A stretch of 64,000 bases of DNA, taken from positions 5,086,001 through 5,150,000 of the forward strand of contig OZ076409.1 of NCBI GenBank assembly GCA_964187785.1, in the 5' to 3' direction. Positions 35,407 to 48,054 of this stretch are shown piece by piece. The stretch's first letter is position 1. Every line of letters begins with the position of its first letter. Source of the DNA: Amphiscolops sp. MND2022. Lineage: Eukaryota. The translations under genes and the position numbers were made by a program. The notes under the pieces are model-generated. The model was given only the letters and a program-made list of their open reading frames with translations. It had not been told where the DNA came from and did no database searches.

Positions 35407-37516
35407 TTAAGTTCATGACAGCCCTCCCTTGTGGACAACGGCGCTTATCGAAGATTCCAAAAATGTTCATTTCGTTTGGCTCAAATCAATAGGTACTCTG
35501 CACTTCGTAATAAGAGTCGTTCCCCGCTTCCTTGTATTTTCTGACTCCTAAAATTGGCGCCCCATCTTTAATTAATTATAGGGTTTACCCTTCATTTTGA
35601 TTATTTTTTAACAATGTTTTGGTTTCACATGGAAAAAATAAATGTGTGAAAACGTCATTTTGATATCCGGTCATAAAATTTTCGTAACACGTTTTAGTTT
35701 TTCATTTACACAAAATCCATTTCCGTAACACAGTGATCTATTCTGGAGAACTATTAAAATGACATTCAGTTCATTATAATTTCTTTGTCGTTTATATACA
35801 TCTGTAGAAACTTATTGAAATGAAATGAAATTTCATCTATCAAAAGTTTTCACCAGCATATGAAAAACAAACAAGTGCGAAACAAAAAGATTGTTGAAAA
35901 TTATTAAAATTAGCTGTAAACCATGCATGTAAACCACTTTTCTTGATTTTTGAATTCGAATTCCGAGATTGTCGACATATTTGACAGAGCGATTTTCAGG
36001 TATCATGTGTCGCTATTAGTGAAAAATGACCAAACCAATGTCACATCCAACTAGACGTTTTGCAGTTGGTAATCAAATTATGTATGAAATTGAAGTTTAC
36101 CGGCAAAAATATTTAGACCACTTCTTAATAATGGTCGGTGAATTTCAGTTGGGAGAGACAATTTATTGTGGAGATATTCGAACTTGCCCCAAAATTGGCA
36201 AAAATGCGAAATTGCTTTCCCTTTTTGACACTTTTATCCAGCTTTGAACGTATTCAGTAACAATCCTTGGAACGTTTCAATCGTTTCTCCAAAGCTGCTG
36301 AAGAAACTGAAGAAATCAATTCATACAGCCTGTTTTTCTTAAAGAGATAGAGTAACACTTTAATCATCTCGAGTCGAAAAGCGTACTGAATGATATCTCA
36401 AACCCATGAATAAACAATATCAAATCAATAAATGAGCATCGAGTTGTTTACAAACATTATTAAGTTCATGACAGCCCTCCCTTGTGGACAACGGCGCTTA
36501 TCGAAGATTCCAAAAATGTTCATTTCGTTTGGCTCAAATCAATAGGTACTCTGCACTTCGTAATAAGAGTCGTTCCCCGCTTCCTTGTATTTTCTGACTC
36601 CTAAAATTGGCGCCCCATCTTTAATTAATTATAGGGTTTACCCTTCATTTTGATTATTTTTTAACAATGTTTTGGTTTCACATGGAAAAAATAAATGTGT
36701 GAAAACGTCATTTTGATATCCGGTCATAAAATTTTCGTAACACGTTTTAGTTTTTCATTTACACAAAATCCATTTCCGTAACACAGTGATCTATTCTGGA
36801 GAACTATTAAAATGACATTCAGTTCATTATAATTTCTTTGTCGTTTATATACATCTGTAGAAACTTATTGAAATGAAATGAAATTTCATCTATCAAAAGT
36901 TTTCACCAGCATATGAAAAACAAACAAGTGCGAAACAAAAAGATTGTTGAAAATTATTAAAATTAGCTGTAAACCATGCATGTAAACCACTTTTCTTGAT
37001 TTTTGAATTCGAATTCCGAGATTGTCGACATATTTGACAGAGCGATTTTCAGGTATCATGTGTCGCTATTAGTGAAAAATGACCAAACCAATGTCACATC
37101 CAACTAGACGTTTTGCAGTTGGTAATCAAATTATGTATGAAATTGAAGTTTACCGGCAAAAATATTTAGACCACTTCTTAATAATGGTCGGTGAATTTCA
37201 GTTGGGAGAGACAATTTATTGTGGAGATATTCGAACTTGCCCCAAAATTGGCAAAAATGCGAAATTGCTTTCCCTTTTTGACACTTTTATCCAGCTTTGA
37301 ACGGATTCAGTAACAATCCTTGGAACGTTTCAATCGTTTCTCCAAAGCTGCTGAAGAAACTGAAGAAATCAATTCATACAGCCTGTTTTTCTTAAAGAGA
37401 TAGAGTAACACTTTAATCATCTCGAGTCGAAAAGCGTACTGAATGATATCTCAAACCCATGAATAAACAATATCAAATCAATAAATGAGCATCGAGTTGT
37501 TTACAAACATTATTAA
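35407..37516. repeat. Two-copy 1053-bp tandem duplication inside a host intron
   Basis: 35407-36459 and 36460-37512 are nearly identical (one substitution noticed); TTAA at the junctions. Confidence 0.93.
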
Positions 37517-38034
37517 ACAAAAGAAGTTTCGAGATAGCAAATTATCGAAAGGAGTATTTTAGTGGAAAACGGTATTTTAGTACTTTTTTACCAAAGACTC
37601 CGCCGGTTCCGAGAATCGAACTCTAGTCCTTTGGATCATAATTAGTCGGACATGATTAGTAAGAAAATGTAAAATAAAATGTGTCCTACTAGTAACATGA
37701 CTAGGTTTTTCTCTCAGCACCACAGAGCTTTCAGCGAATAATCCATCTTTTAAAGATAGATTTTGAAGAGAAAAAACTTAACAAGGATCCCCGTTGATTT
37801 TTGGATTGTCAATCAAATTGATCCCCAAAATCGACTCTGAGTGGAAAAACTTGAAAAAATTCTCCTTCATTAAAAGATTTTTAAAGTTTTTGATACTTCA
37901 AAGATTTTTGAACTTCAAAATTTTGATGATTTTTTCTTTAAACATGTATTTATAATTTTTAAAACACAAACTAAAAAGTTTTTTGCAACCCTGGTACGTT
38001 TCCTTCCATACTCTTAACAAATGTAACATTGCAG

Positions 38035-38223
38035 GCACAGAACTACAGCAATGGGGGCAATACGACGGGACTGGGTGCACCCATGGGCTCAGGGGGTAAG
38101 AGAAGGTTCCCCAACGCGTACAAGACTCCCCCTAGTTCTTACAACATTTTCGGCACTATGCCACTGAATCCCGTCACACACAATCAACCAGCCAATAGTG
38201 CATTCAGAACCAGACTGTGGTAG
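38035..38223 (+). CDS. Host gene last coding exon E (phase 0 to TAG)
   Basis: ATTGCAG acceptor. Reads AQNYSNGGNTTGLGAPMGSGGKRRFPNAYKTPPSSYNIFGTMPLNPVTHNQPANSAFRTRLW*. Confidence 0.62.
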   Translation, partial: AQNYSNGGNTTGLGAPMGSGGKRRFPNAYKTPPSSYNIFGTMPLNPVTHNQPANSAFRTRLW

Positions 38224-38227
38224 CAAC

Positions 38228-38589
38228 CAGGGTTTTCACAGCGCTAATCAGCGATTTAGCGGCCGCATTAAGCGATTCTATTACCGATTCAAATTAGCGG
38301 CGGCAACTAATAAATAGATTGTCAGAATTCAAAATTTCCTCAGAAAATGCACGGAGTTTCGAAATGAATTTCGAAAAATTCCAACTTTTACACTTGTGAA
38401 TCCTACACAGTATGAGAAATTCTAGCTTTATTTTTTACAAAAATTGAATTTGAAAAGTTGTCGTTTGTTTTTAAAACGTTCTCGAATTCAATTGTTTAAT
38501 ATTTTGAAAAAAAGTTTTTCAGCGAAATAGCGATTTTGAAATGAGCGGTTTAGCGATTAGCGAAAAAAATTAGCGATGTCAAAACTCTG
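38228..38589. mobile_element. hAT-type MITE inserted at the host stop codon
   Basis: TIR CAGGGTTTTCACA / TGTCAAAACTCTG. The perfect TSD GTAGCAAC contains the TAG at 38221-38223. Confidence 0.88.
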
Positions 38590-40371
38590 GTAGCAACATT
38601 CAACTTCCTTACTCGTTTTAGTCCTTCTGAGAATTCTCGAGCAAAGCCCATCGCCCATCCGTTTTCAAATGTTTTTTTTTCTAATTTTTGTTATTCGAAC
38701 GTAATACGCCAGTGCATATAAAAGCAGTTTTCAGTAAGCCTCGAAATTTTTCATAAGCCGCCGCGGCTTTTATTTCAAAAATACTTGATGTAAATTGCTT
38801 GGAATATCAGACGCTAACTGTTTTACAAGTTTACTCATTCATGTTATCGAAAGAAAAATAGCCATTGTTACAGTATTTGCTCGAGAATTTGACGAGTTAC
38901 TAATTGTCATTGATTGAAATTATCACCTGAACGACAAAGCGTTTCCTAGGAAACATTTTCCATTTCAATCGGTTGTACTAGAGTTAGGTTAAGATTGTTG
39001 ATAATTGCAATCAAGGGCCTTATCGTTCAAATATTTTGGAGGAAAAAATCCATTATTTTCAGATCGTATCGAGCTACCGGTAGATTTGAAGAGATTTTCT
39101 TGAAGTGTCTGTAGAAACATCAAAATCTACCGCACAATACAAGACATTCAAAGAATCTATTAGTTGACAAAATGCGTTTTCTATTAAAGAACCTAGTTTT
39201 TCTTGATTATAGTTTTCTATCTGTACTGTTTATCAATTTCCGGTTAAAAAAGAAGAAAAATTTTTTTACTAAACAAAAAGTGCACATATATTTCACGCAA
39301 TAATTCGTAAATAAGAACCTGTATTTAGAGCCAAATTCCGTATCATCAATTGAGACCTGAATTTTTCAACCTTTTGTAAGTTTGTTGAACCCCAAGTTGC
39401 CGTTTTTGTACCTAACCCGAGTTCACTTCACTGATGAATTTATCCGATTTACAATTTTGCGCAAAGAACATGACTAGTTTTCGGTAGAATTTGCTGTCTG
39501 TCACTGTAAATTGAGTGTCTTTCATTTTTTCGAGAGAATTTTTTGTTTTTGATCTGAGAGTCCTGTGTTATGAGTTCGATTCTTTGTTCGGATGTTTCTA
39601 CAGCCATTTTGAAAAAGTGCTCGAACGATTTCGAAGCAACAATGCGTTGAAAGTACTTCTAAAAAGTCTTTGATGTTTGACTGCAGTTTGAAGGCAATTC
39701 TTCATTGTAAGCTAATCAAAGTGCAGTGAAATTGCGCAAAAACCAGGAAGTGACATCAAGGATTTTTATATGATACACTCATGTTCAGCCATTCAAACAG
39801 TGACCTGTTATCGTCTCAGAAAATACGCTTTTTTGATACACTGCTTCAATCAATGTGCTTCTTCATTTCATTTTTTCAAGCTTGGTTTCAAAGAGGTTCT
39901 TGAATTGGTTTGTTAATTGCCACAGAGTGACTGATTTAAAAAAAGTAATATTGGTGTGTTTTGAAAGCGTTGGTATTCGTGTGACGTATTATTGATAAGT
40001 AACTGGAATATACCAAATGTGTGTCAATTATCCGTTGAAAGTGTAAATTTTGTTATAAAAAGTTTATTCAATGTCTAAATGAAATTTATTTTCTGCCAAC
40101 CTTTTTTCAAAGAATTATCTATGGAGTTCACAGACTGCTGATCAGCTACTTCGAACGAATTTCAACTAAACGAAAACGCCCCTTTAGCTATCAAGATGAG
40201 TCAAAAAGCTGCATCCATGAACAATGAAGTTATATCTTCAAAATTTTTTTTCCCTACACGCGAGAAATTTTGGGAAGCACTTGCCAAATTAGCAGAAAGT
40301 AGTAACTGATTATATCCATTGACCGTGAAATTATCAAAATGAAGTGGAATAGAGTTTTTGAGGTTTTAGGC

Positions 40372-43300
40372 AAAGTAAAAGTTTAGTTTTCCAGTTACGT
40401 TTGGGGAGTCTCCGTTTGGTGTTCGGAAAATAGCTATTATACTGCCTGCCCAGGGCGGGTAAATATCTTGACTTTATATCCGAATGTCACTGTAAGTGAA
40501 GATACGAAATTGAAAGCGTTCATTCAAAATGATACAAAAATTGAGGGCAGTTTCGTGGACGTATGCAGCTAAATTGGTTTTTGCGTAGAGGCTTCCTTGA
40601 ATTTTCCCAGAACAAAACAAGACGGGAACGTCTAAAGTCGGCGCTATATCTAAGGCTCAAAAAGCGCAAAAGACTTTTTTAAAAAAAACTTGAAATTTTT
40701 GATTTTTTTCTTTCAGAAAATGTCGCATAGTGCCGAAAAATGTAAAAGGGGGGACCCTTTGTGCTTCATTAACATATATTCTGTTGCAAAATATCAAAAA
40801 ACTCGAAAGGGGGACTCTTTTGAGACTTTAAAAAATTTTCGAAAAAACTCGCACAGTGCCGAAAAAAAATTGAAAGGGGAGACCCTTTAGTCTCTTCTGG
40901 TTTTGTAGGTTACGTAAAAAAGGTTAAAAATGAAAGGGGGGACCCTTTGGACTAAGTTTGCATTGGCCGGACTTGGCCTGAGTAGTCTGAGTAGTTTTAT
41001 CAGTTTCTGTAAAAAGTGGTACATACGCGATGAGGTCTGTGGTCTGACCAAAAAAAAAAGAAACAAGCCGGGAACGACCCAAGTCGGCGCCATATCTAAG
41101 GCTCAAAAAGACTCGAAAACCACTTTTTCTACAACTGGAAACAACAAAAGCTCTCAAAAAACTAAAAATTGAGAAAAAAAATTCCGAATTTTTTTTTGAA
41201 TTTTTTTCGAAGTTTCCGGTAAGTCGCATAGTGCCAAAAAATGTAAAAGGGGGACGCTTTTTTACCTCATGTTGGACGCTTTAGATGCGTTGAAAATGAA
41301 ATACTAAGTATATATGGTAAAATTGGTAAATGTGCATTAATTGCCTTAATGCACAAAAAGTGGACGTTACGCGTTGAACTGACGAAAAAAAACTAGCCAC
41401 TGTAAGAGTCGGGATTTTCTTCGAAAACGCCGACTAAAAAAACTAGCCACTGTAAGAGTCGGGCACTTTTCACTAGAAAAGCGCCGACTAAAAAAGGCTA
41501 CTGCCCATTGGATTTAGAAAAACCAAAATGAAGTCAACGTCTCGAAAATATGTTCCAGAAAGGTTACAACTTGATGAAAATATTCGATCCAATGGCGAAA
41601 AACTTGGATTATTTCTGTATCCGACAGTATCTGACAGCTTAGTTGGTGGGACGACGCTGGGAAGGTTTTTCTTTTCGGAATATTTATGCGAAGTAAGTCT
41701 TTCTCACCAATACGTCTTCAATGGGGCCATACTTCTTGTTCTACTCCGAAGTTAATACAAACGTTCTATTTGTGACTTTAGTTTCAAAGTTTTCTGTAAA
41801 CTCATCTTCCGTTCCAGGGTTTTTCGGGGTTCTATTTGGTTATCAGCTTAGGTCACAATTGATTCCTCAGGGCAGAGGCTCAAAAAGGTACAAAACCTCT
41901 TACGAAACAATATGCCGTAGTCAATATTACAAAGAGCAAGCCGGGAACGGCATAAGTCGGTGAGATATCCAAGGCACAAAAATAGCAAAAAGACTTCCAA
42001 GTGTCAAGTATTTTCTTTTGCAGTTCTCGAAAATCGAAAAACCAAAAAAAATGGACCAAGTGGGGCGCCGGGGCCCGCTTGCGCGAGCCCCTGGAGCGCT
42101 AAAAGGATGACTCTTTCGAAATTGTCAACATTTTCGTCGCAGTTGTCGGGGGGACCCTTTGGAGAAATATCAAATTTTCAAAAAAAAGTCTCACAATGCC
42201 GAAAAACTGAAAGGAGGGACCCTTTGGCGTTTTTCAACATCCATTCTGTCGCAAAACATCAAAAAATGGAAAGGGGGAAATTTTTATTTTCGTAAAGTAA
42301 AAGTAAAGTTTTCCAGTTACGTTTGGGGAGTCTCCGTTTGGTGTTCGGAAAATAGCTATTATACTGCCTGCCCAGGGCGGGTAAATATCTTGACTTTATA
42401 TCCGAATGTCACTGTAAGTGAAGATACGAAATTGAAAGCGTTCATTCAAAATGATACAAAAATTGAGGGCAGTTTTGTGGACGTATGCAGCTAAATTGGT
42501 TTTTGCGTAGAGGCTTCCTTGAATTTTCCCAGAACAAAACAAGACGGGAACGTCTAAAGTCGGCGCTATATCTAAGGCTCAAAAAGCGCAAAAGACTTTT
42601 TTAAAAAAAACTTGAAATTTTTGATTTTTTTCTTTCAGAAAATGTCGCATAGTGCCGAAAAATGTAAAAGGGGGGACCCTTTGTGCTTCATTAACATATA
42701 TTCTGTTGCAAAATATCAAAAAACTCGAAAGGGGGACTCTTTTGAGACTTTAAAAAATTTTCGAAAAAACTCGCACAGTGCCGAAAAAAAATTGAAAGGG
42801 GAGACCCTTTAGTCTCTTCTGGTTTTGTAGGTTACGTAAAAAAGGTTTAAAATGAAAAGGGGGACCCTTTGGACTGAGTTTGCATTGGCCGCACTTGGCC
42901 TGAGTAGTCTGAGTAGTTTTATCAGTTTCTGTAAAAAGTGGTACATACGCGATGAGGTCTGTGGTCTGACGAAAAAAAAAGAAACAAGCCGGGAACGACC
43001 CAAGTCGGCGCCATATCTAAGGCTCAAAAAGACTCGAAAACCACTTTTTCTACAACTGGAAACAACAAAAGCTCTCAAAAAACTAAAAATTGAGAAAAAA
43101 AATTCCGATTTTTTTTTGAATTTTTTTCGAAGTTTCCGGTAAGTCGCATAGTGCCGAAAAATGTAAAAGGGGGGACGCTTTTTTACCTCATGTTGGACGC
43201 TTTGGATGCGTTGAAAATGAAATACTAAGTATATATGGTAAAATTGGTAAATGTGCATTAATTGCCTTAATGCACAAAAAGTGGACGTTACGCGTTGAAC

Positions 43301-46300
43301 TGACGAAAAAAAACTAGCCACTGTAAGAGTCGGGATTTTCTTCGAAAACGCCGACTAAAAAACTAGCCACTGTAAGAGTCGGGCACTTTTCACTAGAAAA
43401 GCGCCGACTAAAAAAGGCTACTGCCCATTGGATTTAGAAAAACCAAAATGAAGTCAACGTCTCGAAAATATGTTCCAGAAAGGTTACAACTTGATGAAAA
43501 TATTCGATCCAATGGCGAAAAACTTGGATTATTTCTGTATCCGACAGTATCTGACAGCTTAGTTGGTGGGACGACGCTGGGAAGGTTTTTCTTTTCGGAA
43601 TATTTATGCGAAGTAAGTCTTTCTCACCAATACGTCTTCAATGGGGCCATACTTCTTGTTCTACTCCGAAGTTAATACAAACGTTCTATTTGTGACTTTA
43701 GTTTCAAAGTTTTCTGTAAACTCATCTTCCGTTCCAGGGTTTTTCGGGGTTCTATTTGGTTATCAGCTTAGGTCACAATTGATTCCTCAGGGCAGAGGCT
43801 CAAAAAGGTACAAAACCTCTTACGAAACAATATGCCGTAGTCAATATTACAAAGAACAAGCCGGGAACGGCATAAGTCGGTGAGATATCCAAGGCACAAA
43901 AATAGCAAAAAGACTTCCAAGTGTCAAGTATTTTCTTTTGCAGTTCTCGAAAATCGAAAAACCAAAAAAAATGGACCAAGTGGCGCGCCGGGGCCCGCTT
44001 GCGCGAGCCCCTGGCGCGCTAAAAGGATGACTCTTTCGAAATTGTCAACATTTTCGTCGCAGTTGTCGGGGGGACCCTTTGGAGAAATATCAAATTTTCG
44101 AAAAAAGTCTCACAATGCCGAAAAACTGAAAGGAGGGACCCTTTGGCGTTTTTCAACATCCATTCTGTCGCAAAACATCAAAAAATGGAAGGGGGGAAAT
44201 TTTTATTTTCGTAAAGTAAAAGTAAAGTTTTCCAGTTACGTTTGGGGAGTCTCCGTTTGGTGTTCGGAAAATAGCTATTATACTGCCTGCCCAGGGCGGG
44301 TAAATATCTTGACTTTATATCCGAATGTCACTGTAAGTGAAGATACGAAATTGAAAGCGTTCATTCAAAATGATACAAAAATTGAGGGCAGTTTCGTGGA
44401 CGTATGCAGCTAAATTGGTTTTTGCGTAGAGGCTTCCTTGAATTTTCCCAGAACAAAACAAGACGGGAACGTCTAAAGTCGGCGCTATATCTAAGGCTCA
44501 AAAAGCGCAAAAGACTTTTTAAAAAAAACTTGAAATTTTTGATTTTTTTCTTTCAGAAAATGTCGCATAGTGCCGAAAAATGTAAAAGGGGGGACCCTTT
44601 GTGCTTCATTAACATATATTCTGTTGCAAAATATCAAAAAACTCGAAAGGGGGACTCTTTTGAGACTTTAAAAAATTTTCGAAAAAACTCGCACAGTGCC
44701 GAAAAAAAATTGAAAGGGGAGACCCTTTAGTCTCTTCTGGTTTTGTAGGTTACGTAAAAAAAGTTAAAAATGAAAAGGGGGACCCTTTGGACTAAGTTTG
44801 CATTGGCCGGACTTGGCCTGAGTAGTCTGAGTAGTTTTATCAGTTTCTGTAAAAAGTGGTACATACGCGATGAGGTCTGTGGTCTGACGAAAAAAAAAGA
44901 AACAAGCCGGGAACGACCCAAGTCGGCGCCATATCTAAGGCTCAAAAAGACTCGAAAACCACTTTTTCTACAACTGGAAACAACAAAAGCTCTCAAAAAA
45001 CTAAAAATTGAGAAAAAAAATTTCCGAACTTTTTTTGAATTTTTTTTCGAAGTATCCGGTAAGTCTCATAGTGCCGAAAAATGTAAAAGGGGGGACGCTT
45101 TTTTACCTCATGTTGGACGCTTTGGATGCGTTGAAAATGAAATACTAAGTATATATGGTAAAATTGGTAAATGTGCATTAATTGCCTTAATGCACAAAAA
45201 GTGGACGTTACGCGTTGAACTGACGAAAAAAAACTAGCCACTGTAAGAGTCGGGATTTTCTTCGAAAACGCCGACTAAAAAAACTAGCCACTGTAAGAGT
45301 CGGGCACTTTTCACTAGAAAAGCGCCGACTAAAAAAGGCTACTGCCCATTGGATTTAGAAAAACCAAAATGAAGTCAACGTCTCGAAAATATGTTCCAGA
45401 AAGGTTACAACTTGATGAAAATATTCGATCCAATGGCGAAAAACTTGGATTATTTCTGTATCCGACAGTATCTGACAGCTTAGTTGGTGGGACGACGCTG
45501 GGAAGGTTTTTCTTTTCGGAATATTTATGCGAAGTAAGTCTTTCTCACCAATACGTCTTCAATGGGGCCATACTTCTTGTTCTACTCCGAAGTTAATACA
45601 AACGTTCTATTTGTGACTTTAGTTTCAAAGTTTTCTGTAAACTCATCTTCCGTTCCAGGGTTTTTCGGGGTTCTATTTGGTTATCAGCTTAGGTCACAAT
45701 TGATTCCTCAGGGCAGAGGCTCAAAAAGGTACAAAACCTCTTACGAAACAATATGCCGTAGTCAATATTACAAAGAACAAGCCGGGAACGGCATAAGTCG
45801 GTGAGATATCCAAGGCACAAAAATAGCAAAAAGACTTCCAAGTGTCAAGTATTTTCTTTTGCAGTTCTCGAAAATCGAAAAACCAAAAAAAATGGACCAA
45901 GTGGCGCGCCGGGGCCCGCTTGCGCGAGCCCCTGGCGCGCTAAAAGGATGACTCTTTCGAAATTGTCAACATTTTCGTCGCAGTTGTCGGGGGGACCCTT
46001 TGGAGAAATATCAAATTTTCGAAAAAAAGTCTCACAATGCCGAAAAACTGAAAGGAGGGACCCTTTGGCGTTTTTCAACATCCATTCTGTCGCAAAACAT
46101 CAAAAAATGGAAGGGGGAAATTTTTATTTTCGTAAAGTAAAAGTAAAGTTTACCAGTTACGTTTGGGGAGTCTCCGTTTGGTGTTCGGAAAATAGCTATT
46201 ATACTGCCTGCCCAGGGCGGGTAAATATCTTGACTTTATATCCGAATGTCACTGTAAGTGAAGATACGGAATTGAAAGCGTTCATTCAAAATGATACAAA

Positions 46301-48054
46301 AATTGAGGGCAGTTTCGTGGACGTATGCAGCTAAATTGGTTTTTGCGTAGAGGCTTCCTTGAATTTTCCCAGAACAAAACAAGACGGGAACGTCTAAAGT
46401 CGGCGCTATATCTAAGGCTCAAAAAGCGCAAAAGACTTTTAAAAAAAAACTTGAAATTTTTGATTTTTTTCTTTCAGAAAATGTCGCATAGTGCCGAAAA
46501 ATGTAAAAGGGGGGACCCTTTGTGCTTCATTAACATATATTCTGTTGCAAAATATCAAAAAACTCGAAAAGGGGACTCTTTTGAGACTTTAAAAAATTTT
46601 CGAAAAAACTCGCACAGTGCCGAAAAAAAATTGAAAGGGGAGACCCTTTAGTCTCTTCTGGTTTTGTAGGTTACGTAAAAAAAGTTAAAAATGAAAAGGG
46701 GGACCCTTTGGACTAAGTTTGCATTGGCCGGACTTGGCCTGAGTAGTCTGAGTAGTTTTATCAGTTTCTGTAAAAAGTGGTACATACGCGATGAGGTCTG
46801 TGGTCTGACGAAAAAAAAGAAACAAGCCGGGAACGACCCAAGTCGGCGCCATATCTAAGGCTCAAAAAGACTCGAAAACCACTTTTTCTACAACTGGAAA
46901 CAACAAAAGCTCTCAAAAAACTAAAAATTGAGAAAAAAAAATTCCGATTTTTTTTTATTTTTTTTTCGAAGTATCCGGTAAGTCGCATAGTGCCGAAAAA
47001 TGTAAAAGGGGGGACGCTTTTTTACCTCATGTTGGACGCTTTGGATGCGTTGAAAATGAAATACTAAGTATATATGGTAAAATTGGTAAATGTGCATTAA
47101 TTGCCTTAATGCACAAAAAGTGGACGTTACGCGTTGAACTGACGAAAAAAAAACTAGCCACTGTAAGAGTCGGGATTTTCTTCGAAAACGCCGACTAAAA
47201 AAAACTAGCCACTGTAAGAGTCGGGCACTTTTCACTAGAAAAGCGCCGACTAAAAAAGGCTACTGCCCATTGGATTTAGAAAAACCAAAATGAAGTCAAC
47301 GTCTCGAAAATATGTTCCAGAAAGGTTACAACTTGATGAAAATATTCGATCCAATGGCGAAAAACTTGGATTATTTCTGTATCCGACAGTATCTGACAGC
47401 TTAGTTGGTGGGACGACGCTGGGAAGGTTTTTCTTTTCGGAATATTTATGCGAAGTAAGTCTTTCTCACCAATACGTCTTCAATGGGGCCATACTTCTTG
47501 TTCTACTCCGAAGTTAATACAAACGTTCTATTTGTGACTTTAGTTTCAAAGTTTTCTGTAAACTCATCTTCCGTTCCAGGGTTTTTCGGGGTTCTATTTG
47601 GTTATCAGCTTAGGTTACAATTGATTCCTCAGGGCAGAGGCTCAAAAAGGTACAAAACCTCTTACGAAACAATATGCCGTAGTCAATATTACAAAGAACA
47701 AGCCGGGAAAGGCATAAGTCGGTGAGATATCCAAGGCACATAAATAGCAAAAGGACTTCCAAGTGTCAAGTATTTTCTTTTGCAGTTCTCGAAAATTGAA
47801 AAACCAAAAAAAATGGACCAAGTGGCGCGCCGGGGCCCGCTTGCGCGAGCTCCTGCCGCGCTAAAAGGATGACTCTTTCGAAATTATCAACATTTTCGTC
47901 GCAGTTGTCGGGGGGACCCTTTGGAGAAATATCAAATTTTCGAAAAAAAGTCTCACAATGCCGAAAAACTGAAAGGAGGGACCCTTTGGCGTTTTTCAAC
48001 ATCCATTCTGTCGCAAAACATCAAAAAATGGAAGGGGGGAAATTTTTATTCTCG
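40372..48054. repeat. Four-copy ~1920-bp tandem array, each unit with two nested family 1 HINEs and one truncated one
   Basis: Units start at 40372, 42294, 44213 and 46134. In unit 1, HINE 41064-41436 sits inside HINE 40618-41489. A third HINE from 41938 is cut by the junction and is complete only in the last unit (47699-48298). Confidence 0.93.
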
